DNA from: Syncephalis fuscata S228
Taxonomy: Eukaryota > Fungi > Zoopagomycota
Assembly: GCA_025786725.1 (NCBI GenBank)
Contig: JAHLTZ010000018.1
Span: 434,001-498,000, forward strand
Length of the DNA: 64,000 bases
Reading direction: 5' to 3'
Shown here: piece by piece, positions 11,709 through 25,247 of the stretch
How positions within the stretch are numbered: the first letter of the stretch is position 1
Layout: each line of letters begins with the position of its first letter
Position numbers and translations under genes: made by a program
Notes under the pieces: model-generated
Told to the model about the DNA's origin: nothing
The model's input: only the letters and a program-made list of their open reading frames with translations
Database searches by the model: none

Positions 11709-12550
11709 GTTGGTATTGACAATGTTGAGTCTTGATTGTGTTTTGAAAGTGCGAGTGCAAATGTAAATACAGTGCTGTTAGATGCTTGTGATGCTACAAG
11801 ATAGTCTGAAATGAGAATGCTGATGTTGATGTAGAACTATTGCGACTATTAATTTTGTGCGCTCTTTTATAGTTCATCTTCGTGAGACATACCCACGGCA
11901 ACTACAGTTGTTTGATTAGTAGCATCTATGAATAGACGTATAGCAAAGGAATCAGTAGCATGTGTAGAAATAAATTACCATTGAAATGGTGCGTAAAAAC
12001 ACGTTTGTGCTAAAAAAAGCACGATCCCAATGGATGATGATTTTATTGGTTACACGAACATCGATTCGGCCAATCATATAGTATTAGCAATTTGCCCACG
12101 AATTGAAATTGTAAATTGTAAATTTCAAAGGCTAGCAACAGGCGGCAACCGACTGTCGACTGCATCCCTATGTTGACAGATACAATGGCACTACAGGCGT
12201 TGCTATGACTGTGAGAAATAATGGTACATGTTAAGTTGTAAATTCTTTGTCTTTTTATTTGTTGACAGATACAATGGCATTACAGGCGTTGCTATGGCTG
12301 TGAGCAATAATGGTACATGTTAAGTTGCGAACTCTGTCTTTTCATTTAATCTTTCAATTGTTAAGGCATAACACAGCTGTCAGATTTATTGTCCAGCTTA
12401 TAATCTAAAAATAACTTGTCTATATAGACATTACACATTCAATTTAAGAGTTGGAACAGCACTATAGCTGTGAATTCAAGTAGAACTTTAGAAGCTACTA
12501 TTCAAAGGCTAGTGGAGATATTTATTTTAAGCATTGCTAGTGTAACGGTA
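11709..12550 (-). promoter_or_regulatory. Family promoter/5' cassette, copy 3
   Basis: CTTTTATAG at 11864-11872, GACGTATAGCAAAGGAATCA at 11935-11954, TTCAAAGGCTAG near 12124. Confidence 0.75.
12171..12342. repeat. 89-bp tandem duplication inside promoter copy 3
   Basis: TGTTGACAGATACAATGGCA...ATGGTACATGTTAAGTTG starts at 12171 and at 12260. Confidence 0.9.
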
Positions 12551-12728
12551 GACGACCCATTTGGATGCAATATACTTTACCCGTTACATGGCCGAAATAA
12601 ATTTCCATCAATTAACAAAGGCTCGGCGTTATATTTATAATTAGCTAAAGTCGCAAACGTACATGGCCTTTTGCTAATAATAGTTTTTTTAAAAATCACT
12701 TTTATTTACAGTTATATATTGTACTGCA

Positions 12729-12911
12729 TTATTGTTGTTGTTGGTCATGCGTAGAAAGATCGATCAAATATCAATAGAAGCCATATGATTGCAATTCCAT
12801 TTCATTCCGCAGTCGTTGTTATTGCGTCTAAATGGTATTTTCTATTTTTTAATGTTCTACTATTGCATTTTGGGCATATTTGTGATGTAATATTATACAT
12901 TCTATAGTGAT
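12729..12911 (-). mobile_element. Decayed Fanzor/TnpB-like nuclease 3' fragment, copy 1
   Basis: Minus strand: TSQICPKCNSRTLKNRKYHLD / NNNDCGMKWNCNHMASIDI*SIFLRMTNNNNN. Nucleotide homology to 30198-30403. Confidence 0.75.
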
Positions 12912-13509
12912 GTATGGGTGTTTAGTTGTATCTAAAAGTGATAAGAAAAAGAAAGTAAAATAAATAAATAAAAGATATGAAAGAAAATAGAATAGCTCCA
13001 ATTTAATAATTAATAAATAGACTTATGTGATTCTGTGTCAAAAAACCAAAATTAACATTCTTTACTTGATCAAACTACACATTTGCTGTTCTACTAAACA
13101 TAAAGCTGGATGATGAGTGACATTAAATATCAAACTATAATGCTTTGAATACTTTACAGTAACAATAGTATGGATTAACATTTATTTATTATACTTTGTT
13201 TTAAGTAACATAAAAATACTATTTAACATTTATTAACACTAATATCAAATATTGAAAATAGCGCAGACTGGTTCATCTTTACTTGCATTAATCAGAATTG
13301 ATATGGCGCCGCTTCAACAAATAACAATTTTTAGTATTAAAAACAGATCGACGGTTTAATATTTGAGTTATAAATCTTTCTTGTACTTCAGTTTAAGGAT
13401 AGGGGCATAAAGTGAAATGGCTCTGTATTAATAGAATGTGATGGTGATTCAATTTCACCTTTTTTATTTACGCGCTGGTTAATCGTTTTTTACTTGTTTT
13501 TTAATCGTA

Positions 13510-15738
13510 ATGAGCGATAAAACTCATGAATTCCAACTGGGATCACGTCCTTTAAAAGCAAGTGCCTAGCGTGTTGCACATTTCAGGTTTCTTATCATTC
13601 TCCATATATTAGAAAAAACCTATAGTAGGTTTTACCAAGTTAACGGATTTAGAGCCCAAAGAGCGCACCAATGTATGTGGCGTTGTGGTCTTTCGCGGAC
13701 CCATTAAACCAACAAAAACCAATGGCAAGTTCTTTAGCTGTTGAGTACTAGCACTTCACTGATAAATAATGATAGCTTTCCACGTGTTTTTCCGCCTAAT
13801 CGATCCGAGCCATCCGCTGATAAACAATGCTATTAGATGCAATATGTTTTTTTCGGTTAGTAAGCACGAGCAAATAGAGGCAATTAAGCCGCATCGTACC
13901 ATTATTGTGGCGCGTAATGTCAAGGTATTGTTACGCCACAACAATACTACCTGGTTTAATAACTAAAGCTAGATCCAAGAATTTAATCAAGACATCCAAA
14001 TTGTACTGCATGATGACAATGGAACGTTGCTATTTGACGCAAACCAACCGACACCTCTTATGCCACAGTTTGGGATGGAGGCTTTAGAGGATGAACTGAT
14101 ACTAGTGAACTACATACAAGAGTGGTGGCGTGAATTGGCCAATGAGACACAATTGAATGGCGAGTGCGGATCTACGAACCAAGTTGCCACGTCCTCCCGG
14201 TCCACTAGTTATGGTGCTCGACCGACTGTGACCTACGACAAAGCACATCGTCATATGCCATACATCAATTTTACAGGACAGGTAAACAAAAATGACATAA
14301 CACTGATAGATTATTATTAATTGTCAATTAGTAGTTACTTAATTACAACGCTATTCATTCGGGTCTCATAGTTTTATATTTAACCGACTATACAGAACAG
14401 CTTGACATTAAGTAGGTGCTTTTATTACTTAATTGCAATTTATTTATTTATTGCTACTACTATTAGACCCACGCCAAATATATCGACTGATAAGGATATT
14501 CGACCTGTTGAACTACGCCACGAGGGTTGTATTATTCAACGAGAGGCTATAATTGAATGTTGCATTTGGGATGAGCATGCCGCCACTTTTGTCCAGTCAG
14601 ATCCGCGTTTATTTGATTATGTTCGCCTGGAAAATGTTAGTTTGAAAATTGACAATATACATGGTCGGTTAGTTGGCAATGTTCGTGGTGGTAGCTATGG
14701 TCGTGTTACAGTTCCATTGGAGTTGAGTGATATACGTGTAGAAACAATTAGAAAGTAAGTAATTAGCCGTCAGATACTGAATGGAAGTTTGAATAAACAT
14801 GCATTATTTCTATACCAGACGTAAACAGTCCTATTTAAATCTAAAGGATGAGTCACTGGAGTCAGTTGTCGGCAAGAACAGCACTAGACAATCATCACAG
14901 ACAGTGGATGCATCCTTAAATAAACCTAGTGTATTAGCTACAGGCAGGTTATTTAAATGAATATACGTTATAATAATACTAATCAAAATATTTAGATTTA
15001 GTATTACCACGTCGTTTGGATCTGTCATCCATTCCAAAAGTACTCGATTCACATCAAGTAGGTTGATTTATTGTGTTTATTGGCTAATCATCTTATACAA
15101 TAACACAATTCTGTTTTATAATAGGTACCGTGGCAATTTAAGATTCAAGCTCGGCTAGTATCATATTTTCCAAAAGATTTAAGGGATTTCTGTATAGCTG
15201 TTTGTTCTAAATGTGGAGCAAAGTACGTAATGATTATTAGGATATATACATGTATATAGATTAAATTGCTTTAACAACTATTGTTTTTTGTCAATAGAGA
15301 ATCTTTTGATGAGATCAAAAGTTGCGACTGCGATGAACACAATAGCATGTACATGTATAGATTTGCTATTTTGTTGTCAGATGCACCTGAAAAGCAAGTT
15401 GATGATTCAAATCACTCATTACAAGTCATTGTGCGTGGTGAAGAGGCGGTAAGTTATATAGCAACATCTGTATAGTTATATACCTATTTGATGATTAGAT
15501 AAACTTTCTTAACATGCCACCGTCGAATTTAAGACAAGATACACTTACGTTAGCACAACTAGAAAAACAAATGAATTGGCTGATGGAACAAAAGGCGTTT
15601 TCCGAATGGTGTATAGTATCATTCGTTAAGAAGGCTTCCAGTATAGTATACGATAATACACCCACCAATCAAATAAAGTCAACCTATCAGCTGTTTAATA
15701 CAAAAACAACTTCGTTAACGGCTGTTCATTCTAATTAG
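13510..15738 (+). CDS. POT1: Telomere end-binding protein POT1, multi-exon
   Basis: OB1: NVCGVVV...LIDPS...RNVKIQEFN. OB2: LYLTDYT...IWDEHA...YVRLENV...GNVRG. C-terminal: VPWQFKIQARLVSYFP, CSKC, YRFAILLSD, YQLFNT. Confidence 0.85.
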
Positions 15739-15782
15739 TCATATAATATGAGGTAGTAGAATTTATACTAAAAAGTACAGTT

Positions 15783-17270
15783 TTATTTGACTTTTTTAGT
15801 TTTGCGTTTAGTAGAGGTTGCTTTGGCGGTGGGTTCCGTCGCTGGTGTTGCCGATGCTATCGCAGTGGTGGGTGGATTTGGAAGTAGTACTGATGGATCA
15901 GTCGTTGCCTCTGGTATGGGTGCATCGATGGTGGCCTTTAATAAACGAATGTAGAGCAACAACATAATAGCGTGTACGCCCATAGTTAGCCAAAAAGCAC
16001 CGTCGCTACCACGACAAGAACCTGATACTTCTAGAAACACTTCATCAGCAATAATTCCTTGCTTTCTAGCCTCTTCTTCTAGATTGACCATTCCATTATC
16101 CTCTGCTGGCCCGCCATAACGATATGCCAAGATTGGATCTGACTGACTCATTTGTTGTGCTATCAAGTAGTAAATACCTAATAAAAGTGTCATGGTGTAC
16201 TGGGCTGTTTGACCAAGAGTAATAAACCACTAAAGAAATACAGTTAACGTATTAATTAATAGGCACAATCAATATGGTTACTACTATATAATCTGTACAC
16301 TTACTTTAACCTTTACTGGCTGTCCCATAACAGCTTGTGAGTAGAAATAATAGGCGGCTACCAATGATATTGAATCAAACAATATAATCCAACTAAAACA
16401 ATAAAAAACCACTTGCTATAGTGCTACCCGTTGATATTATGCGTAATAGCTTACATGGCAAATGTACTGCGATCCTCTAGCCAAGCCCATGCTAATGGCA
16501 GTGCCGTCAAATGATGAAACACGAAAATAGGGCGAAGAGGGCGCTTATATACAACGTTGGTCAGACCATTAATGCTGCTAATCCCTTCCTAGCTACTTAC
16601 CTTAGCCAGTAATAGCCATAGTGTATCGAAAAGCTGGTACATTTTTGACAAATAGTAGATGTAGATAAGAAACGCGAACCGTCCCGTTGTAGATAGTTCT
16701 GGTTCGGGGCTGCAAAACGCACCAATGGCTCCATTATGCTATTATAGAATATGGTTATTATGATAGCTATCATTTAAAAATACCGTTCACTTGCCTGAAT
16801 GCGTGTATAAATCTCTTCGTAGGCGGCCATAATCAACACACCCGAGCAAATACTGTAGAAAATACCATAGAAAGCACTAGGTATAGTCACGTCATAGGCT
16901 GGCCTGCCTTGCATCCACCACTGGCATTATTGTGGGTCAGTTGCTTATAGGCTTCCGATTGTTTACTTACGCGCACTAGTCCGATGGTGACCAAGTAGGT
17001 TGCAGACAGCAATTACCAGCTATATATAGATAGATAGATTTGGTTATTTATCTGTTTAAGCTATATCATACTACTTGCCTGCCAGTCAGACCAGGGTGTT
17101 ATGCCTTGCTGCCAGGCAAAATCCTTGACAGGAAATACCGAACCAATACGCCAGTTCTCAGAATCCCAGCTGGTATGCAGCCCAATACCTTGCTTTAAAT
17201 TAGTCCAGACACCATCGGGCATACGCGCGATAACGCGTTCTACCGTCTCGGCTACTGCAATGTCAGCCAT
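15783..17270 (-). CDS. ELO/GNS1-SUR4 fatty-acid elongase-like membrane protein with degenerate motifs, multi-exon
   Basis: FAWQQGITPWS, YIYYLSKMYQLFDT, IFVFHH, TLGQTAQ, GSCRGS and a C-terminal di-lysine KKVK. Confidence 0.85.
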
Positions 17271-17448
17271 AATAATGAATGATGAAAGTGGCGTATAAGT
17301 AATAGTAGTAGTAAGCGGGAATGAAGATTAATTTGACTATCCGCATGGCTTGTTAGAGAACAAGGATATATGCGTGTGAGCAAGTGTATTTAAATTTGTA
17401 CCATCCATCCAATCAGTGGACTGTGAACAAATAGACGTCATAAATTGC

Positions 17449-17467
17449 CCACACACACACACACACA
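17449..17467. repeat. (CA)n microsatellite
   Basis: CACACACACACACACACA run. Confidence 0.85.
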
Positions 17468-17998
17468 ATTCACCAACCAACTACAATAGTATGCTCACTG
17501 CCGATGTTAAGGAATGAGTGTAATAGTAATAAATGTCATTTATTTACTATATAAACAGTATAACTGTATAAAGTTAATGGTAGTAGTGATAGAAGCAATA
17601 ATATATTAATATATTGAATACAGCATCTTAGATGTAGTAGCAGTCAAGCACTATTTATTTCTTTTGCTTTCATCATCACAGTAAACTAATTGAATAAAAT
17701 TGGTAAAATTTTTGTAAATACACGGAACAACTGTACAAGCATCAAGCAATTATATTGATCACCGACAAGTAAACTGGACCGGAAATTGCATTGCGTGTTC
17801 AGCGTGGATACGCAATATCACGCGTAAATATATCACGTGCTATTACGCCAACTAATTAATTACAATTACCTTATTTGGTAATAAAACCAAAAAAGGTCAC
17901 ATGACCTAATGACAAGCATTGTAGCTATAGCATTGTGCTTGCATCTCTTTTTCTTTTTTGCAATTACTTTGTTTTCAGTAAAAGTTTATTTTAAAGGG

Positions 17999-19002
17999 AT
18001 GGTCTATCATGAAAAGCAAACGGGACTGCTGTGTGCCATGGTAAGCAATATAGCCATTAGTAGTAGTTGGCTAATAAAATAACTATGTTATAATAGCACG
18101 TTGTAAATAATTTAGCAAGTATTTAAAAGTGGTTGATTGTAGATTAACTAATGGTTCAACCACGTGTATCCAGCTACAGAAAGCAGTATTTAGCAAAAAA
18201 GATCTAGATGCGATAGCTGATGAATTGGGTGCTGTTTCTGCTTCATCGGCTCCGTCACAACTATCACTATTACCATTAACGTGGCGACATCCACATCGCG
18301 GTATTTTGTAAGTAGCCAATGTCAATAATAAATATAATTAGTTTATATGATGTAAATATTAACAACTAGCCAATATTTGCCTATTTAGTGGTGGCAACTA
18401 TGATATTAATGTCTTAACGACAGCTTTAAATCGCCACCAGCTATCACTAAGCTGGTTCGATCAAAGAAAACGCAAGTATTTTAATAAGCACATCACTTAA
18501 TGGGATAATTTATATATTAATATGTATAAACTATATATTACAGCATTGTCTTCTATTGATTTGACTTTTGTTAAAAGCGGTGATGACTGGACAGTCGATC
18601 AAACGGCTAGCACTAATATAACATTGCCGGCTACTTCTACCGCCTCTAATACGTCAGTACCACTGGCTGGATTTATTATCAACTTACCACCTACTTATCT
18701 ATGGTCTGCACGGCATTGGTTTGCCATTCGACGTGTCTATGATCCAACACTTGACATAAATGGTTGGTGGAATCTTGATTCTCGTCTTGATACGCCCCTC
18801 TACATCGGTACAAATGATGATGTAAGTACAATAAGGCTAGTATTAATGAGAGCTCTAGCTTATTAATTAATATTTTATTATTGCATAGTTACTTAATTAC
18901 TTGGACACTTTATTAAATAGTCAAGACCACCAGTCTAGCTTTCGAATACCTATACTCAGTACCGAGAGCAATATACAACTGTTCTTGGTGCATGATTTGT
19001 AA
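17999..19002 (+). CDS. Josephin-domain deubiquitinase (JOSD-like), multi-exon
   Basis: Spliced MVYHEKQTGLLCAMHVVNNLLQ, GNYDINVL, RHWFAIR, WNLDSRL. The catalytic Cys, His and Asp are present. Confidence 0.9.
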
Positions 19003-20001
19003 ATCAGCCTGGCAAATGCTATGATAGCCAATCGTTTATTGCCCCGATGGCCGATCCTGAATTTATAACCCAATCATTCATCTGATCATATTGATAATAC
19101 CATTGAATAAGATTATACGTCCATCCACATAAAATATTACTATGATCCACTCATTCACTCACTCACACTGATACTCTGGCACTCACACTCATAGCAACTT
19201 ATCCCCACCACACACACAAAATGGCTACCTCGTTCTCGTACTCTTTCCTTCTCTCTCTCTCTCTCTTTCTCTCGTACTCAATCGCCGGCATCTCTTCATT
19301 CAGCTCGTTTCTATCGTTATTCCCACTGATTAGTCGGCAATCTTTATTACTCTGTCCACTAAATCTCAACAATACACCTGCTTTTGTTGGTACATCTTGA
19401 CGCTATTCCTCAATAGCCACTTTCTGTCTACGCAGTGATCGTGTAGCGGTCGGTACCGGTGATTCTAACTAATTAGCTGCAGCGATCTTACTGTATATGC
19501 ACTACTGCTTTGCCATACATCGCTTATATACTTGTAGGAATCGTCCCTTTGTATACATTTGCGGATCTATCGTCCCTGTTGCTGTTGAACTGAACTGATA
19601 TATGTATAGTAATACATATAAATATATGTTTGCATGTACGCGATCAACCAATCTACCAGGCATTCCTATATTGACGTTCTCATCTTTTTACCAACTCGGC
19701 CTACTAGAAGCCACGCAAACACGATTCACAGCATAAGTTACGACCTGTCATCTACTTGAGTCTACTTCAGCGGTTGATCTGCGTGTTTGAAACACTCTAC
19801 TTATCAGCCATTAGACATTTGTAGATAGAGCATAAGCGAAACTTGCATACAAAGGCGCCAACAATACTGACAACAACGAATAACGTGGCCAGTATACCGC
19901 TGACGGCATTTGGTTCCAACCTATCCCCAGCGTAAGCTGAACGCGCTATACGCATTCGTATACACCCATACATATACCATACCTCTTGGTGTTTACCCGC
20001 C

Positions 20002-23000
20002 ATGTCTACCAAGGTAAGACGGCGGGGACAAGCCAGTCACCAGACATCAGACAACGAGGATGATCCCGCCAACTGGCCAGAGATGTCAAGGGGAGACGAT
20101 CTTGCCATGGCTACTGGCCGTTTAAAACCAAACGACAGCGATAGCAACAATACAGAAAGCCGGCGTGCCCGTCCAGCAGAAATTGTACATCGAATTTTAT
20201 TGACGATGGCGCCGACTCTCACAGTGCCGAAGATGAAGGAGTCATTCGCTGTATTTGTGGCTATGACTTTGATGACGGATTTACTATCCAATGCGACGAT
20301 TGTTTAGTATGGCAACACGGCATTTGTGTTGGTATAAGTGAAGATAATGTACCAAAAGAATATCTATGCGAGCGATGTTCGCCACGATGGCTAGACGTTA
20401 AGGTAGGCATAAACAAATAATGACAGTAAAAAGATAGCTGGTGCAGCCTGTATATGTATAGATAGTAATATATTATAATATACACTGTATGCTAATTGCC
20501 ACGCTATAAAGCATCGAATTACAATGAAAGATTATGTTAACAATGCTAATATACGTTTTTTATTATGATTATGATTACTGTTTTGCATTAGGCTGCAAAA
20601 GAAAGACAGCGAAAAAGATATGAAAACTATCAACGGCGTCTACGCGAGCCACGTAAACGGAAAGAGCATTCTCGATCAAGTACTGCTTCAAATATTGCCA
20701 CTGGTGGATCGACGACGGCAACAGCAGCAACAACAGTAGCTCGAACACGCATTGATGCCACGGTCAATGATCAGTTACAATCGCGTGAAACAAGGCCTGG
20801 CATCCGTCGTCGTACATCATCGGCGGGTGTTCGCAGCACAAGTAACGGTCGATCGCGTATAGCAGCTAGTACAAATCTATCCGACTCCGACCATGGCAAT
20901 ACGGCCGACATTACTCCAATATCACCAAGTGTACGTGAGCACGAACTTGAATTCACCCCACTTGAAACAAGCATTTATTCAGCCTGTGACGATATATGTC
21001 GCAAATTACTAAATGCTTGCAGTGAGTCGCCAGACTTTGATCCATCTGAGCCGTTATCGACCCAATTTGAATTGAGCCAAACGGCACTCACCACACCACA
21101 GCATCCAGTATCTACGCGTCGTGGCATTTTTACCCGCACACGGGTCCATACAATAGTCCGGCGGATTAAATCTAGTCGTGGCAATGCAGCTACGTCACGA
21201 TATGCACTGTATGCGCGACAAGATCAGCCAAAAGGTCGACATGTATGCGAACTGGTCGGTGAAGTATTTCCATCGAAAATATACATCGACGACCGTATGA
21301 ATCAATATCAGCTACTTGGTACGGTAAAACAGCATGTACGACTTCATCCTGCTTCATTACTATGTGTTGATGCACGCCATGTTGGCAACGATGCACGTTT
21401 TTTCCGACGTAGTTGCCGGCCAAACTGCGTAGTACGTACAGTAGTCTTGGCAGATGTAGCCGACGGTGAAGATCCTACACTTGCTGTTCGTCTATGTGCA
21501 TTTGCATCGCGTGACATTGCACGGGGCGAAGAATTAACACTAGGCTGGGAGTTTTCTCCAGGGCATATTTGCGGTGGCAAAGTACCAGATCCATCGGATG
21601 CCGAACGTGGCGAACCTGAAGCAAAACGAGAGGCCCGTGCCGCTGCATACGCCGCTTTACTTGCGCTAGCTGACTGTGCATGTGATAAACGGACTATATG
21701 CCGGTTTGAAAAAATGCGTCGATGGCTAGACGCATATCGTCGCGGTGCCAATGCAGCTGCCGCTGTAGCTGATCGAAAACAAGCAAAACTACGCCGAGAG
21801 GCCAAGAATAATAATAATTACACTAATGCAAGTAAAACGTCCCGTATGGCCATTGGTCTAATGGACGATGGTAAGTTTATTGATTATTAATTAAATTCAA
21901 GCTAATTTATTACTATTTAGAAGCGGCAACAGTACGCATACAGCCAAGTCCTGCCGCTAATGGTAGCAATGCTAATGGTGCAGCGATTGGATTAGCCAAT
22001 GATTTGTTATCACGCAACAATGTATCTGATGGTAAGCAATTAAAACTATTATTATTAAATAACTAACGATTATGGAATAGCGTTTACTGATGATAAAAGT
22101 GAACGGTATCAAATTCGATCAAATTATGAGCCGTCCCAATCGGATGCACCAGCAACCAAGAGTAAATCCTTGGCAACATCTAGTGGTTCAGAGTTTTTTA
22201 GTTTGAAAAAACTATGGCTTAGTGATTATAAATCACAGGCAGCGGCGGCTGCAGCAGCGGCAACTACTGTCAGTATAGCAGCAGCAACAACGACCGACAC
22301 TTCCATTTCCTCTGCTACACCATTGAGCAACTCAGTGGAAATGGCAACAGCAGTACTGCCAGAACCAGCCTCACCCGCAAATACCGAGTCATCAAAAGAA
22401 GAGCCATTGGATGTTAAACCAATTGATACTATGCCAACGTCACCAATCGATACATCAAAACAAGATATGACAGACTCATTACTTCCAGATTCAACAATGA
22501 AAACTATTGATAGAATTGTAGAAGAGGAAGGGGAGGAAGAAGAAGAGGAGGAAAAGGACGACGATGAAGAGAAAGAAAATACAGTTACTGGTGTTAAACG
22601 AGAGGCTGACAGTCAAACAGTTTCTAATGATACTGAATCGACAATGGTGCCAGATGCTAAACGAGTAAAGAAAGAAGACACGTCAGAACTTACACCACCA
22701 GTTAGTGATACGACAGCAGCTACATCTGATACTGAATTGCCAGCTTCTCCGGTTAAGGTACGACTTTCACTGCAAGATTACCGCCGTCTACATGGTATTA
22801 AATCGGCCACTGCACCATCAACAACACCTGCCATGACAGCTATTTCATCTGATCCATCGGTTACATTGACTGAATCAACATCAATGCCCATTGAACCATC
22901 AGCAGATGTTTATACGGCAGATACAGCATCAAATGAAAATCGTATATTAGAAGATTCATCCAATAAGTCATACAATGAATCCAATAATATTACTAATGTG

Positions 23001-24933
23001 ACGACAACTATGCCCATTGAACAAGCTGTCAAAGAAGTACCAACACCATTGCCAGTGACAACTACCACTGAAGAGATGATACAAAACATTCCTACTGTGG
23101 CATCCACTGTAACATCTACAATAACACCTACAGTAGATGAATCAGGTCCTATTCAGCAATCTACGGTACATACAATGACCACTACAACATTATATGATAG
23201 TGATGGCAGTGCAATGGATATAGATGACTCACCCGATAGTGATAATGAAACTATATTACAAAGTACATTTCCTATTGAAGAAGCCAAAGTGTCACCTATA
23301 TCTATGGATATAGTAGAAGACGTATCATCCAACTCTACTCCACCACCCACTCAGTCTACCCAGAGTGAACCACCTGCATCCAAATCACCAGCAAAAATTA
23401 AATTATCGTTACAAGAATACGCACGATTACGACAACAACAGAAGCAGCAACAAGAACAGCTTAAAGAAGGCAAGGAAGAGAATAAACACGAAGAGACCAC
23501 ATCACAGGTTGATCAATCTATGGCAGATACTGAATCAAGTAGTGCACCACACGCCATATCAACAGAATCTACATCTCCATCGGTAATTGATACATTAAAA
23601 GAGTCTAATTCAACTGCGACATATAATCATTCAAAAACAACAACGGAAATGACACCATTTGCATCTGAATCATCTATTAGCAACAACAACAACAACAACA
23701 ACAACAACACTTTAATAGAAGATGAAAAGAATGCATCGTCGTTTGATATGTCACCCTTGAAGCCACAAAAGATGACATCATCGACCTTTATAGAATCACA
23801 TAATGAATGGTTACCGCCTTCATCAAATCTAGATAAAGCACTTCCAGATACTAATGATGATTATACTGAATCGTTTATTAAGCCGCCTAACCACCCATCC
23901 TCTGCCTTCTCTCCCACATCATCACCCTTCTCTCCTCCTCGCTCTTCTAATAACAATAACAGTAACAATGACAGTAGTACAATCAGCAATACTGGCACTT
24001 ATCATCGAGACGCTCATCGATCTACGTGGCCACAGTCTTCACCAGCAACAACAACAACAACCACAGGCAATGCTACGCATACTGATCATAATACGATGTA
24101 TAGATTATCCCCACCTCCACATCCTCTCACGACTATTTATCAGAAGCCAATGGCTACAATTCCTCTGTAGATTATCAAGAACCTACATCGCGTTCAACAC
24201 ATCATAATGAACACGCGTCTTCAATGTCATCCTCTACAACAACGGGAACTGCAACGTCTAATCGTTATTGGCCATCACATCGAGGATCTTATCGAGGACA
24301 TGGCAATAATAACAACAATAACAATAATGGTGGTGGCGGTGGATATCATGATCGATATCGAATGGAACGTACTCATTCTACAAATCGTGGTGGTGGTAAT
24401 AATGGATCCTCATCTAATTACAATCCACGATGGTCTAATAATCAGCCACCACATCATCATTATAGTAATAATAATAATAATAGTAACAACCATCATTATG
24501 GTGGTGGTGGTGGTTATAGACCCTATTCACGAGACCGATATCATGGACGAGGTGGAGAAAATGGTGACAACTTTTGCCACGCCATAATTACAGCAATAGC
24601 AGCAATAATCACCATCCTAACCATAATGGTAATAATGACCGATATCATCACGCCTCCTCTACTTCTCCACCTCATTATGGATTATCATCGGGACCGAGTA
24701 ATAATGGTAACAATGGAAATAGTGGAGGTGGATATCCACATCATTTAAATTCATCGTCATCTTATCGATATCATCAGAATTATCATCATCATCAACAACA
24801 ACAGCATCACCATAATCATAACCACCATCCTAACGACTATGGTAACGATATGCGTGGCTCATTAGGCTCATCATCATCAGCATCGGCCTATCGACGGTCT
24901 CGTTCCAATTCACCGTCATCTTCAAGACGTTAA
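20002..24933 (+). CDS. Set3/KMT2E-like PHD-finger + SET-domain protein with long low-complexity tail (apparent frameshifts)
   Basis: PHD IRCICGYDFDDGFTIQCDDCLVWQHGICV...YLCERC. SET VDARHVGNDARFFRRSCRPNC...IARGEELTLGWE (the RRSCxPN variant typical of Set3/4). Frameshifts near 20170, 24170 and 24575. Start codon approximate. Confidence 0.85.
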
Positions 24934-25247
24934 TGTTTACTATTGATTGTTGTTGTTGTGCTTATTGTTACGATTACTTCACTTGCTCGTTCTATTTCGC
25001 TTTCATCTTTCCTAAAATATACATGCTTGTATTAGTAGTTTTTAAAACCAGCCTATCTATATATATACTTGTTCAATAAATCATTAACAATTAGTATATA
25101 TGTATCGTTTATTAGTTTTACTCTATTTGTACGTTAATAGTATTTTAATTGTCAGGTATCTTATCATTTTTATACATGAAATATTTGGTGTTGATTAATA
25201 CACCTTAGCATTGCTACTATTTTTCATAATAAAATCTAAACTTTTAT

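Noticed and set aside
21190-21805. Long antisense ORFs over the SET domain (and similar ones over BRR2, PEX and PHD genes)
   Set aside because: Shadows of GC-richer or low-complexity coding sequence, with no protein motifs.
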